Origin: Cytophagaceae bacterium
Lineage (GTDB): Bacteria > Bacteroidota > Bacteroidia > Cytophagales > Cytophagaceae
Assembly (NCBI GenBank): GCA_029237685.1
Contig: JAQZBV010000002.1
Span: 3,423 to 67,422, forward strand
DNA: 64,000 bases
Direction: 5' to 3'
The translations under genes and the position numbers were made by a program. Position 1 is the first letter of the stretch, and the number at the start of each line of letters is the position of its first letter. Shown here one piece after another: positions 10,201 to 18,063 of the stretch. A model generated the notes under the pieces. The model was not told the origin of the DNA and made no database searches. It saw nothing but the letters and a program-made list of their open reading frames with translations.

Positions 10201-11207
10201 GTTATAAAAGTGAAGACGAAGAAGAAGAGATTGATTACGATGTAGAATCGTTGCTGGATTTTTCTTCTCGTTATTTCCCTTCCAACATGCTCACCGGACA
10301 TTACCGCAGCAAGTCAGAAGACTTGATCCGTTTCTCGAATGAACATTTTTACAATGACCGTTTACGCATCATTCCTGACATCACCTCTGCCGGTGAGCAA
10401 GCGTTGCAGTATATAAAAGTAGAAGGGCGATGGATCAACAATACCAATACAGAAGAGGCACTGAAAGTGGCCGAGTTAGTACAAGATTTGTTGTTCACTC
10501 ATCCCGGTAAAAGTATAGGGATCATTACCTTCAACTATCCACAAGCGTTTTTGATCAGAGATACATTAGATTCGGCAGACTTTGTATTACCGGATGATTT
10601 GCTCATCAAGAACATAGAAAACGTACAAGGCGATGAACGGGACATCATTATTTTCTCTTTGGCCTATGCCAGAAATAAAGAGGGGAAGATCGTAATGCAG
10701 TTCGGTAGTTTAAGCCAGGACGGAGGAGAGAATCGTTTGAATGTCGCCATTACCCGAGCGAGAGAAAAAGTCATTGTCGTGTCCAGTATTTTACCGGAAG
10801 ATCTTCGCGTAGAGAATAGCAAGAACAAAGGACCTGAACTATTGAAGCGTTATATGCAATTGGTTTATGAAACAAGTGCTAAAAAGGAAAACAGAAACTT
10901 GTTTGTTCAACCCAACATTCGATTTGAAAAAAACAATACATTAAGCGAAGTCATCCTTCATACAAAAGATGATCAGTATGCGGCGGCTTATTTTTCAGAT
11001 TTGCAGGAAAAGCGTTTTCCCGAGCATTTGGTCTTTACAGATGATCAGCGTTATTTTTATTCCCCTTCCGTCACCGATTGGCATGCTTACAGTCCTAAGT
11101 TGTTTATTCAAAAAGGATGGAGAGCAGATCGTGTCTATGCGAGAAATTATTGGTTTGACCGAGAAAGATTTTTTGATCAGGTGCAGAGGGTAACTGAAAA
11201 ACCGTAA
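7299..11207 (+). CDS. Upf1-like SF1 helicase with DUF4011-like N-terminus and REase-like C-terminal tail
   Basis: 1302-aa ORF with a TTG start. The N-terminus has RLLDLSSANRSVFL. Helicase motifs are Walker A VVQGPPGSGKTQ (nt ~8220), motif II VIFDEASQC (nt ~10080), GDDKQLRP, VQGDERDIIIFS and RLNVAITRAREKV. The C-terminus has KGWRADRVYARNYW, resembling DUF559/DUF3320-type tails. Confidence 0.85.
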   Translation: MKDLLNIFRNRLLDLSSANRSVFLPKVYKGKFSDLKSWDYLSALSSLDIVKAMLAGKTVIKIADVKHIRPDDLEVVLEEAKKLIRTRQLIFDETGSADFYIGWPFVEGVLKNGMPLRAPLIFFPYQLKQVGREVFLEKGALDEPFWNRSLFLSLSYFEEYAFDSAWLETLVSGLEDKPDQDFRLGLLEELKKQGWHAAFDREFLSENLIHCLPVNKADLESRYPAGTYKLKSYAVMGLFPQSASYIHSDYDFLKESTSEHTLESLFAAQYHRNEVGNKNATIEFTPLAVDGSQENIIAQVSSGQSLVVQGPPGSGKTQLICNLIAQFLGKGKKVLVICQKKAALDVIYERLQSIELERFVSLLHDAGTEKKLLFDKIADQIQSSEQYKNQNIHPDTIVLEKEFSRVQSSIARLVEFFSKYKQALYDTQIGGETAHALYLLSNKQQAVVNLDLEFQSIPANEVPNKSLDLEQFLFYHAAIESDFELIHAAVNQHLSIDDKETMIRLLDQIPSVLHQLQEWNERENLLTAIDLSFASSWMQKIRVWKNEALVFQHHINASAVEEFSKEHIVQWRLTVKKGFILLNRLVSQPPVELTEQWKLRVQKASRGGWNRLLFQVHVAVANAPLKLWLRSNKLDTSKENLAFLVELFSTIDELDQLRSNWSTHSFLQTNHGLTERFFAEHLKVFDRIHQELERASDIPALKALWRTTPLFKERLENMLSIVQERHQTLSPYFEHWKPKTVDRLFSEEAYRLQWRNFVTQRFERWLGYEQLKRNLDLSLFTSFHKVIREVTGDKTLIVDTWKQSVYRAWIEEKEKVYPILKTVSTPEWEMKEQELQTLVDRRYSLSLEFLKIKLREWVYADIQYNRLNRQVTYRDLNHQVTKKRNVWPVRKLIAEHQEEILDLIPCWLVSPETASTIFPMQDLFDLVIFDEASQCFVEKAFPSLFRAKQAVVIGDDKQLRPSDLYRVRYKSEDEEEEIDYDVESLLDFSSRYFPSNMLTGHYRSKSEDLIRFSNEHFYNDRLRIIPDITSAGEQALQYIKVEGRWINNTNTEEALKVAELVQDLLFTHPGKSIGIITFNYPQAFLIRDTLDSADFVLPDDLLIKNIENVQGDERDIIIFSLAYARNKEGKIVMQFGSLSQDGGENRLNVAITRAREKVIVVSSILPEDLRVENSKNKGPELLKRYMQLVYETSAKKENRNLFVQPNIRFEKNNTLSEVILHTKDDQYAAAYFSDLQEKRFPEHLVFTDDQRYFYSPSVTDWHAYSPKLFIQKGWRADRVYARNYWFDRERFFDQVQRVTEKP

Positions 11208-11305
11208 AAAAAGGGTTTAGATATAAATCTTTAATTCAATAATCTATTTAATCGCTTGGTTATTAGTTGCTAAAGCTCGTTTTGATTATATTCGTATTGA
11301 TCAAG

Positions 11306-13525
11306 ATGTTATTCTGCACCATGACCTTACTCCTCGCACGACTCACTATTTTTTTATTGCTCATCCTAGGAATCGCTCCACTCAGCAAAGCGCAAACTAT
11401 TGCACCTTGTGGTACAGTTCCTCCCTCCGAAGAAAAATTGGCCCAATTGGAACGGCAGATGAGAGAAGTTTTGACCAAGCAATACAGAACCTCCAATAGC
11501 GGAATGACCTGTGTGCCTATCAAGGTGCACGACATACGCGATGATGCTGGTAATGGAGCTTTGAACATGACCATGTTGAACAGAGGCATTGCCAACCTCA
11601 ACTACCACTATGCGGCTGCTGGTATTGAATTTTTTTTGTGCGGCAGCATCAACACGGTGAACAATTCCATTTACTATGATTTTGACAGTCCGGAAGAGAA
11701 TACCTTAACGACTGTTATTTCTCCCAGAGTCACGAATGCGTTTAACTTGTACCTTACGAATACCGCTGCCAGCGGAGGAAGCGCCGTAGCCGGTTATGCT
11801 TACTTCCCAGCCAACAATGCGGTGACTACGGTATGTGTGATGGATAAATCGTACCTCGCGAATTCGCATAACGGTACATTGATTCACGAATACGGACATC
11901 ATTTCAATTTGCAACATACACACCGTGGTACAGAAAATGGCAATGCGGATGCCAATGCTGAGAATGTACCGCGTGCGGGCGCTGGCACCAATTGCACGAC
12001 TCAGGGAGATTTTCTGTGTGATACCCATGCTGATCCACGGGGTGCTACAACAAATTGTGTTTATACAGGAGGCGGAACAGATATCTTAGGGAATGCCTAT
12101 ACCCCTCCACTCGATAACATCATGTCTTATTATCCCGATAACTGCGGAGGACTTTTTACAGCGGGACAGTACAGTCGAATCGTTGCCGCACTTACGGTAA
12201 GACAAGGACACAGCGCTTACAATTTGTCCTGTGCGCCGACTGCGGTTACTGCACCGAGCGGTGTTACTTCTACTCAAGTGAGCAACGCTGTTATTGTCAA
12301 CTGGACAGACAATGCCGCCAACGAAAGCGGATACCTGATTGAACGTTCGACTACATCAGCCTCTGCTGGATTCGCTGCCATCATCATGGGTGGCGTGGCA
12401 CCTAATGTGACTACCTTCTCTGATAATTCTATTGCATCGAATACCACTTATTGGTACCGTGTCAAATCATCCAATGGCAATTGCAATACCTACAGCAATG
12501 TGGCTACTGTGACAACGGGTTTGATTTATTGTCTGCCGACTTACAATACTACTACTTATTGCTTAAATGCAACCATCAGCAATGTGACCATGGCTGGTTC
12601 TCCGGGATTCAATAATAGCTCTACCTGCAGTGGTGTAGCATATGCCGATTACACGAATAGCATTTCGGCAACTGTAGTAGCTGGTAGCTCTTATGCTTTT
12701 TCTATTACACGTTCAGCGAGCTATAACCGTTACTTGCAAGTCTATATTGATTTCAATCAGGATGGAGATTTCAATGATGCCAACGAAAAAATTCTTCCTG
12801 ATAATACCGCGGCGACTGCTGTATATTCCAGTTCTGTTACTATTCCGGCGACGGCACTCAATGGCAACACACGCATGCGTGTCATCATGAGAAACTTATT
12901 TACAATAACGAGTGCTTGCGAAACCAACATGGACTATGGCGAAGCGGAGGATTATAGATTAACCGTTACCGGTGGGGCTTTACCGGTGGGATTATTGTAT
13001 TTTACAGGAGTCTCTTTGCATGGCGATGTGCAATTGAATTGGGCCACTTCCTTTGAGCAGAACAATAAGTCATTCATCGTTGAAAAATCAATCAATGGTA
13101 CGGTCTTTTCTGTTTTGGATACAGTGGAAGGGAAAGGACATTCAGTGAGTGTAGAAAAATACATCTTGACTGACGCTCATCCTTTTGCTGCGGGTACTTA
13201 CTATAGAATCAAACAAGTGAATGATGATGGCTCTTACCAATATTATTCTACCATCTTAGTGAATAGTAAAGAGGAGGGTAACATCGTCGTTTATCCGAAT
13301 CCTGCACAGCATACGTTGAACTTAACGGTGCATGCTGTAGCGCCTTCTTTAATTCAGTACGATGTATTAGATTTTATCGGTAATATTCTATGGTCGGGTT
13401 CATTGACTGTTAATGCAGGTGGAAATAGTCATCCGATAAATATCGCGGCACTCGCGCCTGGTATGTATTACCTGCATGTGAAAACGGAGAGTAAGTCTTC
13501 TTTGCATAGAATTATAAAGCAGTAA
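11306..13525 (+). CDS. Secreted metzincin-like zinc metalloprotease with Fn3-like and GEVED-like modules and a T9SS C-terminal sorting domain
   Basis: Track ORF 11267-13525; start set at the first ATG (11306; 11321 is also possible), just before the hydrophobic signal. Zinc motif LIHEYGHHFNLQHTH. Fn3-like segment VIVNWTDNAANESGYLIERS...YWYRVKS. GEVED-like segment GEAEDYRLTV. C-terminal sorting domain VVYPNPAQHTLNL...GMYYLHVKTE. Confidence 0.8.
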   Translation: MLFCTMTLLLARLTIFLLLILGIAPLSKAQTIAPCGTVPPSEEKLAQLERQMREVLTKQYRTSNSGMTCVPIKVHDIRDDAGNGALNMTMLNRGIANLNYHYAAAGIEFFLCGSINTVNNSIYYDFDSPEENTLTTVISPRVTNAFNLYLTNTAASGGSAVAGYAYFPANNAVTTVCVMDKSYLANSHNGTLIHEYGHHFNLQHTHRGTENGNADANAENVPRAGAGTNCTTQGDFLCDTHADPRGATTNCVYTGGGTDILGNAYTPPLDNIMSYYPDNCGGLFTAGQYSRIVAALTVRQGHSAYNLSCAPTAVTAPSGVTSTQVSNAVIVNWTDNAANESGYLIERSTTSASAGFAAIIMGGVAPNVTTFSDNSIASNTTYWYRVKSSNGNCNTYSNVATVTTGLIYCLPTYNTTTYCLNATISNVTMAGSPGFNNSSTCSGVAYADYTNSISATVVAGSSYAFSITRSASYNRYLQVYIDFNQDGDFNDANEKILPDNTAATAVYSSSVTIPATALNGNTRMRVIMRNLFTITSACETNMDYGEAEDYRLTVTGGALPVGLLYFTGVSLHGDVQLNWATSFEQNNKSFIVEKSINGTVFSVLDTVEGKGHSVSVEKYILTDAHPFAAGTYYRIKQVNDDGSYQYYSTILVNSKEEGNIVVYPNPAQHTLNLTVHAVAPSLIQYDVLDFIGNILWSGSLTVNAGGNSHPINIAALAPGMYYLHVKTESKSSLHRIIKQ

Positions 13526-13543
13526 GATTTTATTCCACTCCTC

Positions 13544-13627
13544 GGCCTGTCCCCTGACAGGCCGAAAGGTTTCGGTCTCAATTGCTGTACTTGTTATACA
13601 AACAGATGGTCTGTCAGGGGACAGACC
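13544..13627. repeat. Pair of inverted 20-nt hairpins (ggcctgtcccctgacaggcc at 13544-13563; ggtctgtcaggggacagacc at 13608-13627) between convergent genes; bidirectional terminator-like
   Basis: Read directly. Each unit is an 8-bp stem with a 4-nt loop. The two units are near-reverse complements of each other and belong to the TGTCAGG word family. Confidence 0.8.
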
Positions 13628-13649
13628 ATGGAGTAGTCAAAAAGTATTT

Positions 13650-15782
13650 TTATAAAAAAATGACTCCCATACTCGTGAAAAAATACACGATGCAAATCGC
13701 GTAACTCATTTTCCGGACATCCAATTTTTTCAATTCTTCCGGTTCGTAGATCGCATTGACGGCGATCACAATGCCAAAATTGACCAGTACAATAATGAAG
13801 GTGATCCAGAATAAAATATCCGCACGCGTCAGGCTGTCTGAAGATGGAGTAGAGGCGGAGAACGAAATGGAAAAGGCAACGATGGACATGAATACGCCAA
13901 TGCTGACTTCTCCCAAATTTTCAAAGGAGATATCTCTTATAAAAAGTAGCGTACAACTGATCAGACCAATCAGTATAAGGGGCAATACAATTTCCAGCAT
14001 GGGTTTAAGAACCTTGCGTCCGATTTCCAATCTGAAATAAATGTTCTTGAATTCGCTCAACTTGTCTTCGTCAATATCCGGATCGCCGTGCATGCCTCGG
14101 TTGATTTCGTTGTCTACGGTCACATAAAATTTCTCTTTGTTCCATTCCGTAATTTTAAAAGACTCTATTTTTTTATCGTCTTTGGCAAAACTCTTCTGGT
14201 CAAAAGAAATTTTTATTTTATCCGAAGGGTTTAAAATTTCTGCGCGGATGTAGATCTCCTGTTTGTCAAAAGGATATTTATCCAGGTTGTAGTTGACGTA
14301 GAAAATGCCCGATACCTTATACAACTTATAAACCGTAGAGCCATGGACTTTTTCAAAGATCAGTTCTTTGGAACTCTCACTTTGTTTCATGTTCTGAAAG
14401 ATGATGTGTTTCTCCGCATCCAAATTCGCTGAATCCAATTTCACCCAATAGTAAAAATCTGACGTAAACGAATTGCTGTTCATGTTGATGTCATAGATGT
14501 CGGCGATTTCCATTCCAAAAAATAAATTAGGAATGACTTCACGCCTTTCATTTAATTGCAATGGATAAGAATGCAGTTTCCCTGACGCATATTCTGTGAA
14601 ATACAATTCAGGCAATACGGTGAGTGTGCTGTCGTAGATGTAGAGTTCGTCTGTTTCTACAATAGTTTTTTCCGGTAAACTTCTGAAGTATTGAATGAAA
14701 TCTTGTTTGCGTAAGAAAGAAGTGTCCGGTTGGTATTCAAATTTATTTTTTATCATTTCCACCGCATCGTAGCAACGCTCCACAAACATACTGTGGTTTG
14801 GGTTTTCGAAATACAACGGATACTTTCGTTTGAATTTGTCGATGTCAAGTGTCATCTGTTTGGTCAGCGCATCGGTAGGATTACTGCAGATGATCAAGCG
14901 GTTGTTATTCTTATCTCCGAAGGTTTTGATCTCATCGTGATTCACAATATAGGAATGCCCGATGAGTTGGATGCTGTCAGATGTTGTATCAAGGTATGCG
15001 AGCAAATTGTTCCCGATTGCCGCATGCGTATTGAGGAGCGTCCAGGTGTTTTTCTCTGCGGGGTTTTTAGCATAGAAATCCGCCAGTTCATTGTATAGCA
15101 TACTGGAATCCTGCGCCTGAAATGCTTTGCCTTTTAGGGAAAATATTTTGTTTACCGTGATATTTTCTTTCTTTAATGCTTCCAGGTATAACTCGTGCAG
15201 CGGATAGTCTGTTTCAGATACCATGTTCACTTTTTTTACTTTGAGCACCTGCTTTAAGAAGGCCACCATGTCGAGTGGTGTATGGTCATGGCTTCCGGTA
15301 AAAACAACATTGTTGCCAAAGTCTTCCTTGTTCCTGTCGGCATTAATTGAGATGACGGGAATGTTCAGCGCTTTGATCGTTTGGCTGCACTCTTTCAAAT
15401 GCACACCCCAGGTATTGTCGATTACCAAAACGATAGAGGTATCTTGAGCAATGACTTTATAAATGGAGTCGCTGATTGCACCGGATTTTTCGCAGTCGAA
15501 TTTTTTTAGTTTTAAGGTGTGATGCGGCAAATCTACACGTTTGAGGTATTCGGATAATACCGCGTCATGAAGCAGATCAAAACGATTGAGGTCTTGTTTG
15601 TCTTTGGGTATGCCTTTGGAGGCATCCGTATAGCGACCAATGTAGGCGACGTATTTCGTTTCTTTTCCAATGTCATGTGAGTCATTGGCTTTTATTTTTT
15701 GATAGGTGTAGATGCTCGCTAGTGTGGCAAGGCACGCAAACGTGGTGAGTAATAAAAAGCGGTACTTTTTGAAAAAAATCAT
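13650..15782 (-). CDS. Pentameric ligand-gated ion channel (prokaryotic Cys-loop receptor homologue) with N-terminal type-I periplasmic-binding-protein-like domain
   Basis: 710-aa ORF. It contains FTSDFYYWVKLDS, the Cys-loop-equivalent NLDKYPFDKQEIYIRAE, pre-M1 FRLEIGRK, M1 EIVLPLILIGLIS, M2 VSIGVFMSIVAFSISFS, M3 ILFWITFIIVLVNFGIVIAV and M4 MSYAICIVYFFTSMGVIFL. The N-terminal ~330 aa show a PBP1/LIVBP-like beta-alpha alternation (LKLKKFDCEKSG...IVLVIDNTWG...IPVISINA). Confidence 0.8.
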   Translation of the reverse strand: MIFFKKYRFLLLTTFACLATLASIYTYQKIKANDSHDIGKETKYVAYIGRYTDASKGIPKDKQDLNRFDLLHDAVLSEYLKRVDLPHHTLKLKKFDCEKSGAISDSIYKVIAQDTSIVLVIDNTWGVHLKECSQTIKALNIPVISINADRNKEDFGNNVVFTGSHDHTPLDMVAFLKQVLKVKKVNMVSETDYPLHELYLEALKKENITVNKIFSLKGKAFQAQDSSMLYNELADFYAKNPAEKNTWTLLNTHAAIGNNLLAYLDTTSDSIQLIGHSYIVNHDEIKTFGDKNNNRLIICSNPTDALTKQMTLDIDKFKRKYPLYFENPNHSMFVERCYDAVEMIKNKFEYQPDTSFLRKQDFIQYFRSLPEKTIVETDELYIYDSTLTVLPELYFTEYASGKLHSYPLQLNERREVIPNLFFGMEIADIYDINMNSNSFTSDFYYWVKLDSANLDAEKHIIFQNMKQSESSKELIFEKVHGSTVYKLYKVSGIFYVNYNLDKYPFDKQEIYIRAEILNPSDKIKISFDQKSFAKDDKKIESFKITEWNKEKFYVTVDNEINRGMHGDPDIDEDKLSEFKNIYFRLEIGRKVLKPMLEIVLPLILIGLISCTLLFIRDISFENLGEVSIGVFMSIVAFSISFSASTPSSDSLTRADILFWITFIIVLVNFGIVIAVNAIYEPEELKKLDVRKMSYAICIVYFFTSMGVIFL

Positions 15783-15798
15783 AGGCTTTAAGTTTTAC

Positions 15799-16965
15799 TC
15801 AAATCAGTTTAGTGAAAAGGTTGTCGTGCGTTTTCTTATAAACACCGTATCGTTTGCAAAGGAAGTAAAATAAAACACAAGAGGTACTCCATATCAGATA
15901 CACGACAAGCAACGAATAGCCGATGCTGATGCGGTGTCCGAAGGGCATCCATTGTTCACTGCTTTCAGGATTGGTAAGGGTAAATAGGATAACAGAAAGA
16001 ATGTGGAAGAAATATAAATGCAGAATATAATAAAACATCGGTACTTGTCCGAAGGTTGCCAATACCGATGAAATACGTCCCTGTATTTTCTCTGCGAAGG
16101 CGAGCAATACAAACCCAATGCCTAGGGTGGCTAAACAATAATGAAGCGAGAAAGGATATTTGGAAACGTTGAAGAAAGAGATGATGCTTTGAGCGCTTGT
16201 TTCCTGCGGAGCGAATTGTTTCATGTCGCCATAACTATCCGTGAAGCGTAAGAGCACAAACAAGCTCAGACACAAAATGCCTGCAAGCAATAAACGTTTT
16301 AATCTTTTCTGAGCGGAGAAATTTTTTGAATACCAAGAGCCCATGAAATAACCCAATAGCATCACGGCAAATGCCGGCAGCAAGGGGTAGAGGATGAATA
16401 CAAAGAATTGATCGTTGATGGTTGTTTTGGAGGCCACATGCAGAAAGGACCAGCCCAACTTCGATGCGACCGATTGGTCAAAGGCAAGGTTGTCCAGTGT
16501 ATTGTGCAACACTAAAATAAGCAAAGCTATTACTCCTGACAGCCGTTTCGGCAAGTAAACAAATGCAGCCATCAATACCATGCTCCATCCGATCACCCAG
16601 ATCACGGCACCTAAAATGTGATTGGTGTGAATGGTAAATTGCCAGGCAAACTGTACGATGGTCAGTTCCAGGAATACCATCCACAGTCCTCTAAAGAACA
16701 CATAAGAAGAGGTCGCTGCCGCATCTTTCTTTTCCTGGTAGAGGGAAATAGAAATTCCAGCCAGCAATAAGAAGAGAGGAGCACAGAGGTGTGTGATCCA
16801 GCGCGTGAAGAACAAGGGTAAATTACTTTGCTGAAGGTCTTCCGGTGCAAATCGAAAAGCATCGATATGAAAAAAATCACGGGCATGATCCAATGCCATG
16901 AGTACCATGATGAGTCCTCTCACCACGTCTAAACTTGCAATGCGTGGAGAGCTTATAGGTTTCAT
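15799..16965 (-). CDS. DUF1624 / HGSNAT-like polytopic membrane acyltransferase
   Basis: 388-aa multi-TM ORF. The N-terminal RIASLDVVRGLIMVLMALDHARDFF is typical of this family. Confidence 0.75.
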   Translation of the reverse strand: MKPISSPRIASLDVVRGLIMVLMALDHARDFFHIDAFRFAPEDLQQSNLPLFFTRWITHLCAPLFLLLAGISISLYQEKKDAAATSSYVFFRGLWMVFLELTIVQFAWQFTIHTNHILGAVIWVIGWSMVLMAAFVYLPKRLSGVIALLILVLHNTLDNLAFDQSVASKLGWSFLHVASKTTINDQFFVFILYPLLPAFAVMLLGYFMGSWYSKNFSAQKRLKRLLLAGILCLSLFVLLRFTDSYGDMKQFAPQETSAQSIISFFNVSKYPFSLHYCLATLGIGFVLLAFAEKIQGRISSVLATFGQVPMFYYILHLYFFHILSVILFTLTNPESSEQWMPFGHRISIGYSLLVVYLIWSTSCVLFYFLCKRYGVYKKTHDNLFTKLI

Positions 16966-17594
16966 GGACGGGGAACAGGCAATCGGAAATACAGTTGATC
17001 AGAACCCTGACGTTTTTTATTCAACGTGGCAACGATCTGATGGTTTTCCTGTTCTTCCAGGGTTTTGTATTTCACCTGCAGGTATTTCAATACTTCAATG
17101 GCATCGTTATAACTAACGACCACAAACGGTGCTTCCGATGAGCCATCACCCGAACTCAATACACACTTTATAAAGAGGCTGTACTTTTGTTTGTTGATGG
17201 ATTCTTCGTCTGTTCTTTTGAGCGCGTAACAGGAAAAACTTTTTTCAAAATAAGCCGTGATGCTTACCGGATGAAAGGCCAATAAGGTATCAGCCAATTC
17301 ATAGGCTTGTATAAATTCCTGTAAGAGGTTATGGTCTTTGATGCGTACTTCCAGGCTGTCTATTAAATCAATTTGATAAGCCGGCTGATAAATGGAGCCA
17401 TAGTATAGGGCCAGGAAATCACTGCGCTGCAAGGTGCTGTCTGATTGCCTGAGTTTTTCAGCCAGCTCGCGGTAGTGTATTCTTCCGGCAGAGGAGGATG
17501 TTGTTGAGCCAATAGAGTCCGTGTTGATTTGTGCTTGCGCCGCAGAGAGGTGCAGGAAAAAAAATAAACAAACACAGACTAACGCTCTATTCAT
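16962..17594 (-). CDS. Secreted hypothetical protein (possibly DUF4919-like, unverified)
   Basis: 210-aa ORF with signal peptide LFFFLHLSAAQAQ. It has a 4-nt ATGA overlap with the downstream gene and an 8-nt overlap with gldH. Confidence 0.6.
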   Translation of the reverse strand: MNRALVCVCLFFFLHLSAAQAQINTDSIGSTTSSSAGRIHYRELAEKLRQSDSTLQRSDFLALYYGSIYQPAYQIDLIDSLEVRIKDHNLLQEFIQAYELADTLLAFHPVSITAYFEKSFSCYALKRTDEESINKQKYSLFIKCVLSSGDGSSEAPFVVVSYNDAIEVLKYLQVKYKTLEEQENHQIVATLNKKRQGSDQLYFRLPVPRP

Positions 17595-18063
17595 GTTTCA
17601 AAACACTGATGCCTACATCGCTGATGCCCGGTATGGTATCTTGACGCATGTACTGTTGGAGTTGTATGGTATACTTTCCTTTGTAAGGGAAAGTCATGTT
17701 GCTGTCCGATAAAATAGTATGGTCGTATTTATTCCCCCAGCCGCTGCCTTTCGGTTGGCCGCTTTTTTCATCAAACAAATACATGCCTTGTAATTTCGAC
17801 GATAGTGGTTTTCCTGCAGAGTCTAATAGGGTGCGCTTCACATACAAGTTGTAGTAAGGATAGTCCTTGGTATAACGCGCCAGGTACTGCAAGGTGTAAG
17901 TGCTTTTATTGTCCTCTATTTCTAAAGGAAATAAAAGCTTGTTTGATGAAAGCCATTCTTCATCCTCCACTTCTTTGTAATCATGAAATACTTTTCCTTT
18001 CTCACTGCATGAAAAAAGAAGTGCAACTATAGAAAAAAGAAACAGTTTATTTTTCATTCTCAT
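17587..18063 (-). CDS. gldH: Gliding-motility / T9SS lipoprotein GldH
   Basis: Track ORF 17587-18672 trimmed to ATG 18063 (MRMKNKLFLFSIVALLFSCSE: lipoprotein signal plus Cys). The product is ~158 aa. Its size, lipobox and position directly after the PSP1 gene match GldH. Confidence 0.8.
   Translation of the reverse strand: MRMKNKLFLFSIVALLFSCSEKGKVFHDYKEVEDEEWLSSNKLLFPLEIEDNKSTYTLQYLARYTKDYPYYNLYVKRTLLDSAGKPLSSKLQGMYLFDEKSGQPKGSGWGNKYDHTILSDSNMTFPYKGKYTIQLQQYMRQDTIPGISDVGISVLKHE

Noticed and set aside
7299-11207. The large COG1112-like helicase as a Mokosh-type defence gene
   Set aside because: I could find no PLD (HxKxxxxD) nuclease motif in it or in a neighbour. The flanking genes are a glycosyltransferase and a secreted protease. 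A defence role remains untested speculation rather than a call.
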